NCBI GenBank assembly: GCA_002633005.1
Contig: NMRA01000058.1
Coordinates: 411,585 to 475,584, forward strand
Length of the DNA: 64,000 nt
Origin: Phoronis australis
Taxonomy: Eukaryota; Animalia; Phoronida
Direction: 5' to 3'
Shown: piece by piece, positions 52,901-64,000 of the stretch
Numbering within the stretch: the stretch's first letter is position 1
How the letters are laid out: each line of letters begins with the position of its first letter
Program-made: the position numbers and the translations under genes
The notes under the pieces: generated by a model
What the model saw: only the letters and a program-made list of their open reading frames with translations
Told to the model about the DNA's origin: nothing
Database searches by the model: none

Positions 52901-53619
52901 TATTTTATGACTTTAGTTATAATACATTGAACTTGAACTAATGACACGTGGAGTTTTGTTTGCTGTGACATGTTTGGTGTAGTTGTAACCTGGAAAATTC
53001 AGGGATGAGTTCACAATTAACTGACTTCTAACTTGTTTTGATGCTTCGGTTAAACACAAAATAAAAAGATAGCAACCCTAACCCGGTAAGAAAAAAGCAA
53101 GTAGACAAGAGTATTAAAATAAAGTAATGAAAACAAGTATGAAACATATTTAAAACCAACGTTTCTTTGGGAAGTGGCCCTTTGTCAATATCAACGCATA
53201 TTTACTTTTTTAGTCTTTTTGTAATATTTAAAACTGCTCTCCATATTTCAGGCTTTAACTCTGTGCAAATTCCAGTGATGGGTGTAATAACGACCACCAG
53301 TGTTAAGAAAGTAGTGCTAGATATTACCTTTCCACTTCATTAGCTCAGATCTGCATCAATACAAAGGGTGTGATGAATAGGGATCCTAAAAGTTGTCTGG
53401 GCCCTTAGGGACTCAGAGCTGTGACCAGTGTAAGCGAAAAATTCTCCACATGTGAACAAAATGTCAACACGAAAATGAAGCAATGAAATTAAGCTTGATT
53501 TGATAACTTCAACACTCAATCAAAACTTAGTCAAGCAGACTGCTGGAATTTCTCGGTGCAAGCCTTGTAACTGTAAGCTCTAATAATAGAATACATTGGT
53601 CACGAGCAAGAGTTAGCAT

Positions 53620-53957
53620 CATGCTATAAACATTCCCACTAAATAAGATTGGTCCAAACCCCGCCTGTCAGGGTAAACTGTGGGGTTTGGAAAATTGAAA
53701 ATTGAACTAGACCGTATTTATCCACCTTGGCTGAGTCGCGCTTGGCTCACGACCAAAAGGATATGCTGTCAAGCTGCTCTATTCACCGAGTCAAGAGCGA
53801 GAATAATTGGCTTCGCTAATGCGGATATGATCAGCTGATTGCAATCTAGCCTAGCAGACTGTACTTTTTATGGAGAGTTTTACATCATTTTTACTGTAAT
53901 ATTTGAAAAGAGGAGCGAAAACAAATATGAGTACAACTTTGAATTTTTCAAATCGGC
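53620..53957 (-). repeat. CATG element partial copy D (right arm only)
   Basis: Inverted match to 52573-52900. Confidence 0.85.
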
Positions 53958-54250
53958 GTGTCTGGCGGGGTTAACCCACCACTAGATTTGTCTGGCAGTG
54001 TTCCTTTGTGCTACCTGGGCTTACGGTGAATACTTTGCGTCTGGTTTCAAGCGGTTACCTCTTGGATTGATATAGCTCAATTTTTGTACCCTGAATATGT
54101 TCGTCTGGCGATTACTCCCCACCACTGAAATTGTCTGGCAGTGACCAATTTTGATACAATGGATGACGTAGCACATCAAAGACAGTTTTAAGTGGTAACC
54201 AGAAAAGTTGATCTAGCTCAATTTTTGAGTGTCATTCTCTTGGCTCCCCA

Positions 54251-57200
54251 CATTGGGGGAGAATTTCACCCGTTTGACACGCTTTTGAGCATGTCAAACC
54301 TGTCAAACATGTAAAAAACGTGTAATATGTGTCAAAATTGCCACACTAACGCGTAAAACGTGTAAAAACATGACACGTTAGCGTGTCAAACGTGTAAAAT
54401 GTGACATGTTAGCGTGTCAAACGCGTAAAATTTGACACGCTAACATATCAAACGTGTAAAATTTGACACGCTAGCGTGTCAGACGTGTAAAATTTGCCAC
54501 ATTAGCGTGTCAAATGTGTAAAATTTTGACACGATAGCATGTCAAACGTGTAAAATTTTGACACACTAGTGTGTCAAACATGTAAAATATGATGAAACTC
54601 TTCAATAAAGATACAATTTAAATAGGCTTGGCAGTTCGGAAAAGACCACTGGGAGGTAATCACCCAATTTGAATGACTAAACATGTTCCATTAATATCAT
54701 CAAAGAATTTGCAACGAAAGATTTCACTGAATATTCAAATATCCAAATACTGAGTTAGAGTTGGTTTAGTTGTCAGAGAGTACAGTTGTGTCAGGAGAGC
54801 ACTTATGAAGTATGGTTTTCGAGTGTGGTGCAGATCTAACAGAAGTTTGGTATGTATGTACTCTGGTTGACAGTGGCTTGATAAACTTTTCTTCCAAATG
54901 GTTTTTCTTTTATCAGGTAAGTTTGATTGTAACAGAAAACAAGAGTCAGTAGATACTGTTGACTCATGCTATGAACATTCCCACTAAATAAAATTGGTTC
55001 TAACCCCGGTGTTTAAGGTAAACGGCGGGGTATGGAAAATTGAACTAGACCGTATTTATCCACCTTGGCTGAGACGCGCTCGGCTCATGGTCAAAGGGAT
55101 GCCGCCAAGCTGCTCTATTCATCGAGTCACGAGCGAGGATAATTGACTTCGCTCATGCGGATATGATCAGCTGATTACAGTCTAGCCTAACAACTGTACT
55201 TTTTATGGAGAGAATTTTACGTAGTTTTTACTGTAATATTTGAAAAGAGGAGCGAAAACAAATACGAATACAACTTTGAATTTTTCAAATCGGCCCAGGA
55301 TAAGAGATTTTGCAACACAGAAACACTCACGATTACTTTCATTCGGCGCGCACGAATACAAAAATATAGGACCCAAGTTAGGATTGTATAAATGTAGAAC
55401 TACTCCGTGTGTTATTTAGGTTTTGGAAAAAATGCATTTTAATACTCAAAATACGTTTTGTATAGCTATTACAAGCTCTAAAACGACTTTGTGTAATTTC
55501 ATTGAGATCGTTCTTTGTCATCCGTCAAACCGGAAACTTCCGAGATGTGACTCTGCGAGCGCACTCACCTTGCACGTTACAGCCGTTTAAGTGAAAAACA
55601 ATCTAGTAAACGCCATTTTCTTGCATAATCCTCCGCCTTTTGTAACAAAAAAGTCTATCGTCGATGACCCGCACACGCACGCTCACTCACTCTCATACGC
55701 AGACGACCTTCAAAACAAACGTCACGTGACAACAACATGTGTGTTCATCCAGAGATTTTTCTCGTGTTGTGGAGTACGATGTAGCGCACATTTGGACTTA
55801 ATCGCAATTAATCTGGACTCCACAGGAACTTTAAAAATTGTAAAACATCAGGAAGATTTCAGGTAATTTGTTGAGTCGAAACTATATTTTTATTCAAGAG
55901 TACAAGTTTTCCTATTGACGATCGCGATTCAGCGACGCATCAGTCGGCAAGTTTTCGCCCTGTGATGAGCACAATTTTTTGAAAAATTATCGTAATTTAA
56001 CAACGGAAGTTGATAGCAATGCACCACAATTTTGTAGAAAGGCTGTCATAGGCTACAAATACGTCACAGAGCGTAAATTTGATGAATCCTAGCTTCCGAT
56101 TTTACCCGTTTGGGAAACCGGGTTTCAACTGCCGTAGGCTCACTACAATAAGCGTCCCCTCCCCGTGAAATGAATTTTTCTAAGCGTTTGTTTGAGCCAA
56201 TACAGTATACAGCTTTCCACCAAGGCTAGGTGATGCAAGACATTATTACTTGTTCTTTGTTGCATTATAGTAACTGGTCTTGGCTAATTATCATTTTATG
56301 GCCTGGTCATCCATTCAGCCCAAAGTAGTTCCAGAGGTGGCTTATCAGCCAATTATTCACGCATGCTGACTCACAATAGAAGCCTGATAAGAGTGAAGGT
56401 GGATAAATGCGGTGTTCCTACAGTTTCTTGTTTTAGTGGATGTGTTCACGACATGCTGCAGGTAATATATGAAGTTGGAACGCCTCTCATCTTGAATTCA
56501 TAATTGTTGTTATGGGATCAACTCACATTTAGTGTCAGCTTGAATTAGGGCAAAACATTGTGTACAGAGGTTTGGGCTGCAAAATCAACATAAACTCGAT
56601 GTTATGACAAATGTTGAATCACTCTTGGTAATTCAAAAATGTTACAAAGTGCGTCTGTTCTTTACTTCATAAACTGTCTTCAAGCAACAGGCATGACTCA
56701 AAAGCTAACTTATATTAGCAGCTTAAGCACTTCAAACTTGTATGTTGAACCATCTTCTAATTTCTGTGTTAATGTTATTCTAGATGTAATGAAATTTAGT
56801 GACAACTGTATGTGGTAAGGATTGGATAGTTACATTATCCTTTTAAAGATTCTATATCATTATCACATTTTGGATTATTTACAAGTTATAATAAACAGTG
56901 ACTTAAAGAAGAAACCCCTTTATACATTTGCTTTCAGTATGGATTTCCATGGTGGATGGTGAGCTGCTATAAACAAGAACAATATGGCTTGTACACCGCG
57001 TCAGGCTAAATGTGGGGTCGCTACCATGGCAATGACACAGATTACAGGCTAGCGTGGCAAAAGTGCCACGTTCGACACGCTAGCGTGTCAAAAGTGCCAC
57101 GTTCGACACGCTAGCGTGTCAAAAGTGCCACGTTTGCTCTAATTTACACATTTGACATTCCACGTTTTACACGCTTAACACACGTTTTACACGTTTGACA

Positions 57201-57259
57201 CGCTTTTAGGGCATTCCAATACTTCACGTTTTTAGAGCGTGTCAAATTCTCACCCGGTG
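54251..57259. mobile_element. CACTA(CMC)-like element with palindromic subterminal arrays; hosts CATG copy C
   Basis: Degenerate TIR CATTGGGGGAGAATTT / CACCGGGTGAGAATTT; arrays of tgacacgctagcgtgtcaaacgtgtaaaa at about 54270-54590 and 57050-57245; no clear TSD. Confidence 0.6.
54965..56455 (-). mobile_element. CATG element copy C (inverted, about 300-bp internal deletion)
   Basis: Both CATG ends present; reverse complement of copy A. Confidence 0.85.
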
Positions 57260-58377
57260 AGTCACAACACCCACCGCAGCGAACCTGCCAGATGGCTATT
57301 TCCAATCATGAGAATACCCATAGAGCACTTTGGCACCGAAGAAAATTGGTTACCTTTTCATGCCCAAAAAATCTCTGGGATCCCGGTGTAATGTGATGTT
57401 TTAAAACATTGTGCAACAGTCTTGACACACCTCTGTTCTCCGTTTGATAGTAGGAACCAATGTTTACATAGTCCAGCTCTGTTATTGGGATAGTTCTAAA
57501 ACCCCTTCAACACACACATCCCTCAACCCTCTTGACCCATGATCCACTCAACCCACAACTCCCTTGACTCACGACCCACTATCCACGACCCCCTCAACCC
57601 ACAACCTCCTTGACCAAACCCGGGTTTGGCTCTGTCAGGTTATCGACTCAGCGTTGGCTTTGCTGAATCTCACATCGGTACAAACGGGCACAACTAGCAG
57701 CAGACAGCCACAGGTTTCACCATTTAAAGGCCGTAGCTGTGAAATGATAGTGTTTAAAACAGATAATCAAAAATTGGCTGGAATTTTTTTTATAAGTACA
57801 GTCTTTTCACACGTCGTGTGCAGAGATTTTATATCACGTAATGCAAAAACGTCCGGGAGATAAGGGAACGGTATGCGAGAATAGCTTTCACAGGCAGGAA
57901 ATAATGTGGGAGAGCAATCTAATGCCGTCCCTCTATATGCAAAGATATATGTCCATGAGACGCAAAAAGTTGCCTGGGAAGGGTATAATAGTGTCCACGA
58001 GTATGAAAGTGTGCGCAAAAAAATACGGTACATCCCTAAAATTGTATCAAATTTTTGCATTATGAATTAACAACACTGGTAACTATGTGCTGTCTTAGGT
58101 AACCGCAACGTGATTCAGCTCTCTTTTTACTCAAGACTCAAGAAATCTCTCTAACAAAACAGAGATTGTGAAACCATCATCATGTAATAACAGGAACAAA
58201 AAATGGACAATCGCCGCACAAATGAAAAAGTTCATATTGATCTGTTGCATTAATAATAAGATTTTTGTTTATTTGTGCGCCGATTGTCCCCTTTCATTCT
58301 ATTATGGCTAAAAACTGATGTAAATAACAGAGGATTTAAGTCCACAATCAAACTGGTGAAATAAAAATTTCATTGAC

Positions 58378-58562
58378 CTTGAGCTTTCAGTTGCATCTTA
58401 TACTTGTTCAACTTGTCCTTGAGCTGGCTCAGAGACTCTTGAGCCAATTCAACCTCACGGTCCTGCTTCTCCAAATGTTGAGCAAGAGGCCAGTTTTGAT
58501 ATTCTTTCTGATAGTTAGTCCAAATACCTTCATAATGTTTGACAATCGATTCATGTTCTACT
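58378..58562 (-). CDS. SIX6OS1: Host gene exon (first in window), SIX6OS1/C14orf39-like coiled-coil region
   Basis: Acceptor ttctttgcAG and donor GTcaat; 185 nt, phase 2 to 1, open: VEHESIVKHYEGIWTNYQKEYQNWPLAQHLEKQDREVELAQESLSQLKDKLNKYKMQLKAQ. The Y-x6-YQ-x2-Y-x3-P-x9-RE-x-E-x2-Q register matches vertebrate SIX6OS1 as I recall it; not database-verified. Confidence 0.65.
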
Positions 58563-60601
58563 CTGCAAAGAAAACAAAAACTCTATGTAAGTTAGTATGG
58601 TAATACATCCTCTCCACATAATGACCACCTAAAAAGTTTAAATTTCAGAACCTGAGCCGTGATTTACAACTACCAGTGATTTCGATCTCATGGCCAGTGT
58701 TGATATGTTAAAGACATGTCAGTCCATACTGCTCTTATGATTTTGTATTTCAAGAAAGGTTAAAAATTTCTGTAAACCTGCATACATATTAGTGAAGAAA
58801 GCTGCTCTTACACAATAACTGCTGACACTGAATGTGGGGTTAGCAAAGTGCACTGTCGGCTAAATCAGTCAAGGTCCATATTCGAGAGTTGACTGTGTTA
58901 CGGTCTAAAATAACTTTTTTGGTCACTTACCTAATGCCAACTGAATCTCATATGCAAAGAGTTGTTTAGTTGTGCAAGTTAAAAAAAGAATCATCAAAAT
59001 TGGACAATGATTGAGAAATTTATGCCATGTTTGTGTCTATGAATTTCATGCATTTTTACGAATGGCCATTTTAAAAATTACAATTTTCAACTGTCAATAG
59101 TAGAAAAGAAATTTATTTTATTAAGTAAGCAATTGCTTTGATATGACTGGGAATAACTTCACTCACTTTCAGAATTACTTAGACGAAGTTGTGCCTAATC
59201 ATGAGAAATGGTAGGGTTCATTACCAAATAGGCACTCATTACGAAATTTGTGAATTCTGCATTTCTAACCCTCACCAACTGTAAAGAGGGTTAAGGTAGG
59301 TGTATACACTGATCAAATCTCCAGGTTCCTAACTAAAATGAGTAAAAATGGAGTTTTAACTAGTTAGATATGACTCTGAAAGTGACAAAAATCGAAAAAA
59401 GTTTTTTTGTAGTTCGTTTTTTTTTAAATCGTATTTTTTAATTTTCAAAAAATTCACTTTTACCTCAATTTTTTTTTCAAAATGCACAGGGATCATCATC
59501 AACTGTTTCCTTACGCAATATTCTACTTATCCATACCAAATATATGTACAAAATCATGATCTTGATTTTGTGGCATTTTTTGTGTGTGAGTTGGGGCAAG
59601 CACGCCACTTTTTGTCATTTGGTCACTTTCCATCTAATAACTAAAAATCTGGTCCATTTATCAAAAAACCCTGGCACGCGATTTTACTTCAGTCCTAGAG
59701 GATTTCAAGTTTGCAACTTTCGTAAAAATTGACCCACACGTTGTGAAAAAATAGGCCCGAGAATCTTGTCACTTTCCTGAAATCATGAGCCGAGAAAAAC
59801 GGCTTTGAAGTTAAGCGGTCATCGATTGCCATTTGAGATCAAATTTCATTCAGAATGCGTGGTCATTATGTTCCAATTTTTGTTGAAGTACTAGAAATAA
59901 AGCTGATATTTACTTCATATTTAGAAAATGTGACATACCTGTTTGTTTACAGCGTAATTTTAATAATTTTGTTTACAGCGTAATTTTAATAATTTTTTCA
60001 AACTTGTGAAGCACGACAGACGACCAAAACAAATATGGCTGTCATGTGGGCGGAGCTTAGCGTTGATCTATTGTCTGCCGACACACATTAAAATCATGTG
60101 TTGATTGTTCATACGATTCATCTGAACTCTCCACTCAGTTTGTAAAAGACTCTCTAACTATATTACACAGACCTATTTGTTAGTATTCCAATATTATCAT
60201 CAAACAATATATGTGTTATATCAAATCGCCGTGTTACTGCCTACATAACAATGTTGTCGACGAGGATAAAGAACTACTTTCATAGTAATGGTTCAACATT
60301 TTTACGTGCCTGTACTGAATGGACTTTGGGATAAGAAAATATCACTTTCTGCGCAAATAGTGCCGCTTGGGTGAGATTCTCAAGTTACTAAAGTTTCTTA
60401 TATTGCTTTCCTCTAAAATCGTATATCATGAGTTTTAATTCATTGTTACATTTGAATCTATGCACTAGAAAATTTTTTATTATGTTGAACACTGGGTCAT
60501 TTCTCTAATGGGGCTATACGGAAAATCTACAATAACTAGAGGGCGTGCGTGTACTAGTGGTGATAGATTAACAGCCTCGATTTCGCGAGCCCTTTAAATA
60601 C

Positions 60602-61310
60602 ATGGTGAAATGGCTTGCAGCCGTGCCAACTGAATCTGAAATTGCGTGAAAAGGGTGCTTCTATGAGAGGAAGTAAGCACGACCTTATACAAAGGTAAGG
60701 TTTGTGATTATCTTAACGATTATTCCATGATCATTCTACCGATGCCTGTTAACTGAGGTACTCGCCGATATCGACTTCGCGGCAGTCGCCAGTCGGGTTA
60801 ATCTTTGTTTGTTGTGATATGTGATACGATACTTGACGTAGCAATCGGGATCTTTTCGTACATCAACCCATTATTATTGTTTGGAATGATTTCTAACAGT
60901 TTATCAGTGACAGTTACATCAATCAATGCTGAATGTTTATGCTGCCAACTCGATACAGGTTAATGAGTTAAGATTACAATCCAAGCCCAATGGCAAAGGG
61001 TACATGACAAATATCCACTGCATTAGACTATTTGTTTGCTCCCTATCATATGTCTTCTGGAAATCTATTACAAGTTGAAATGGAAATTTATCACGTCTGT
61101 TTTCATGTAACCTTTGGTTTTTAGGTTTGAGCGCTTGTACCGTGCAGAGGAGATATGCATCGCTTCTGCACCGTCCCTGAATGGACAAAAATTGGTTTTT
61201 AGCTAACCAACAAGATCTTCCCATCCAGTGCAGATCGGTTGTCAAAGAATACTTTCAATATTGGAGACAACGAACAAAGCCTTTGAAAAGGAAGAAAGTC
61301 ATTTTGTTTA
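60602..61310 (+). pseudogene. SAP-domain ORF remnant (exons 60602-60694 and about 61125-61310)
   Basis: QLNLKLREKGASMRGSKHDLIQR|GTAAGG, acceptor ttttAG at 61123-61124, later KAFEKEESHF. Confidence 0.6.
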
Positions 61311-62131
61311 TTTACTTATTCAGGTCCTTAGCGGGGGATTAGCATGGGGGGTTGAGGTTGTAATATTTGGTGCTACTGAATGTGTGGAAATAACAGGTAA
61401 TACATGTTTGGGGAAAAGAGCATGGTGAGGTAATTCTTAACCTTCTTGAAGTACCTTTTCAAGTTGATTTCATGAAACTGTTTTGTATAAATTGTAAACC
61501 CATGAAAATATATTGCATTTTCTGAATTCACAGTGACTGAATAGTCTTAACTCATGCCTTGAAATGTTGCAAGTCGTTATAAATTCAAACGACTGCCATT
61601 TTTTGTGAAAATTGCATTTTTGATGGTGCCTTACGATTTGTAATTACTTTTAAACAACAGAAAGATCAAGGGTCTAATTGTGGATGTTATTGAGGCTGAA
61701 TGAGGTTACATGAAAGAAAAACACGTGTCGAAACTGGACCTTTTTTTACAAGCGCTTATATAGGCCATTGAAACTAGATCCCAGTGAAATGAAAGCCAAA
61801 AGCTGAGTGACATTAAATTTTCCTTTCAGAAGAAAGGCTAGTTTATACTATTGGTAAAAAAATGGTACACATTATGGGGAAATGACATTCAGTGACTGCA
61901 TCGATTGTCTTATTGGATATTTTCAATTGTATCTAGCTGGATAAGAATCTGCTAGGCACAAGATTCGAGAATAAACAAGTGTATTTAAAAACAAATGGCA
62001 AACTGAAAAAGCTCAGAAAGAAACAACATTGCAAAGGAGTCCATAATCAGGCATATCAAGTGCTGAATTTCTGAATTACGTTCAATTTTATCAGGTAATT
62101 GCTGAAGGATTGCTTTTCACTTTGTCCAAGA

Positions 62132-63012
62132 GTAAAATAGATGGTCAGGCGGTTGCTTTCAGTTGTTTTCTCTCACCTGTAAAAGAATAGTCGGAGAAAT
62201 ATTAGCAAATTGTAAAAGAAAAGAGAAGACAAAACTACTTTTGTAAGAAAGCACATACTTGACGTTTCATCTTCATGTTTATGTGTAGAAACTAACGTTT
62301 GTACACAAGTCTTATTTAATATTTGAATTAAAATATGTGAAACAGGCTAAAAGTGATTTAACAATGTCTATTTCTCATGACACTTAAAATGTGCTTCTGA
62401 TCTTAACAAGCAAAATTCACTCTAGGTGTCAATTTTTTTTCCAATGCAATGTTACGACATTTACTGAACTAAGGCTTATTCATGTCAATTCGACTGATCT
62501 GGTAGTCCAGGGGGTGGGGTCCGCGATAAAATAAGGAAACTCACTCATCTAGAGAATTTTATTGGAAACAGCATAGTTTTGAAGAGAAACTGCTGTGAAA
62601 AAGTCACTCTTGACTTCTGTGCATCACGTACCATACACCTCTTATTTTGGGAGCACTCCCACCCAGGACAATATAAATATGTGCTGCTAGCCATCGGGTG
62701 AGTTTCCTAAACGAAACACTTAGTTCCACTCAATAAACCTGTTATTCAGTGGGGTAACTGGTGGGGACAACATCACCCAACGATGTTGACAGAAACTGAT
62801 TGCTAAAAACTTACCAAGTAATGTTGTGTAGTCTCCGAATGGAACTGCATAGTCATGGAGCACACACGGGGCTTCAGCATCCACACACTTTTTGTCAGTT
62901 AGTTGACCCTTTTGACCGAAATTTTCCACGAATATAGTAACTTAAGGTTTTTTGGGAATTTGTGGCCACCTGTCGAAGACTTGCATCAGGGAAATTAGCA
63001 GTAATAAGGCTT
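62132..63012 (-). pseudogene. Spliced THAP-domain remnant (exons about 63012-62815 and 62176-62132)
   Basis: YYC*FP*CKSSTGGHKFPKNLKLLYSWKISVKRVN..RVCS..GDYTTLL|G ERKQLKATA*PSI; GTAAGT donor, ttttacAG acceptor. Confidence 0.72.
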
Positions 63013-63144
63013 AGCGCGACGACGTATTTTAATATCAATTCCATCTTTCACCAGTTGTTTACATGCAGACAGCCACGCATGCGCAATTCAATCACCACTA
63101 GTACAGCGGCGACACCGTGAGGAGAATTCTCCGAATCGCCCCAT

Positions 63145-63460
63145 TTTTTGGCTTACGGCCAGTGGCAAGTTAAAAATCCTCTGAGTTTGACAGCCTAGTT
63201 TCACCACGGCGCGTTCCCAGCACAGAAGCACGGTTTATCTGCGAAGACTCTACTCTGACGGCATGTAGTGGTCCATGTGTCGCGCGCGCAGCTTGTCTTC
63301 ACAGCGCGTGCATGCACTCTCACCGAATCGTGCAACACCACCCACGTCGACACTCAGCGTCCTCTTGCAAGACACCTGACCTTATATTACCGACTTCTCT
63401 TATACATGCACAATTTCTGCACGGACTCCTCAAGCTGAGTGCAGTGATGGCTTCGGTAGG
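63145..63460 (-). pseudogene. Kolobok transposase N-terminal fragment
   Basis: LQEDAECRRGWCCTIR*EC; INRASVLGTR; FNLPL, cut at the nested insertion. Confidence 0.6.
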
Positions 63461-64000
63461 GCTTGGCGTACTCAACTTAATTTTTTTGCAGATAGACAAA
63501 CAGGCTCACGCTCGGAACAGGAGCTAGTTCACCATTTCACTACCAACTTTCACATGGTCAAAAATAGAATTGTTTTATTTTTGGTCTTGCTACAACACCA
63601 ATATCAGCTGGTACATCACTCTCGATTGCCCGGTTACGCAATGCTTGTTGACAGGGTTAGATTAGAGCCAGTGTCCTTGTATATAAGCTCCGCCCCACTT
63701 GTCAATCACTGAGCTGGTGAGCACTCAAGCCATATGACTTAATGAGGCTTGGTCAAATATAGCTAAAAAAACAACTTTGGATTTTCAGAATTTTATTTTT
63801 CTTCAGTATACTGTGCATCAAGAATTAAAGATTAGGATGACATAAAAATGTAAAAAACAATCAAAATTAATTTTTTTTGTGTATCCACCTACCTTAAAAA
63901 CTAAAGTTCACACTCTGTAATAATGAAAGTGCTCCGAGGAGCGACACCTAGCAAAATTAATTGAAAAAACGACGATAAAGATGACGACTAAGATGATATA

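Larger units (their letters stand above)
60510..63142. mobile_element. ISL2EU-type element nested in the Kolobok
   Basis: AT|GGGGCTATACGGAAAAT ... ATTCTCCGAATCGCCCC|AT; convergent spliced SAP (+) and THAP (-) gene remnants. Confidence 0.75.
59295..63893 (-). mobile_element. Kolobok DNA transposon, degenerate (4.6 kb including a nested element)
   Basis: TTAA|GGTAGGTGTATACAC ... GTGTATCCACCTACC|TTAA (15-bp TIR, 1 mismatch); transposase N-terminal motifs on the minus strand. Confidence 0.82.

Noticed and set aside
54270-54590. Regular palindromic repeats of about 29 bp resembling a CRISPR array
   Set aside because: No unique spacers, no cas genes, eukaryotic context; mirrored at 57050-57245 as transposon subterminal repeats.

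Overview
Eukaryotic (animal, probably marine-invertebrate-type) genomic DNA, AT-rich and dominated by decayed, nested transposable elements; it is not prokaryotic and has no CRISPR, rRNA or credible tRNA gene. The ORF track misses the one apparently intact host gene. Six GT-AG exons on the minus strand (58562-58378, 36588-36540, 33374-33284, 33162-33101, 11092-10810, 6424-6035) join in one phase-consistent frame. They encode a coiled-coil region that, from my recollection of the vertebrate protein, resembles the synaptonemal-complex protein SIX6OS1/C14orf39, followed by an S/T/P-rich tail. Its introns (two of about 22 kb) and upstream intron hold: a GalEa-type Copia (11565-19104, ACCAG TSD, RT deleted, four nested insertions); a near-complete Ty3/Gypsy with 161-bp LTRs (19825-24582, GGCAT TSD); remnants of piggyBac, L2/Crack and Academ-like elements; a Tc2/pogo-like element carrying a HIRAN-like ORF; hAT, Harbinger and CACTA-like non-autonomous elements; a Kolobok with a nested ISL2EU (THAP and SAP genes); and an unclassified 1.7-kb CATG...CATG-bounded mosaic element in three full-length copies plus one partial copy. 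All family names come from motif recognition by eye; no database search was run.
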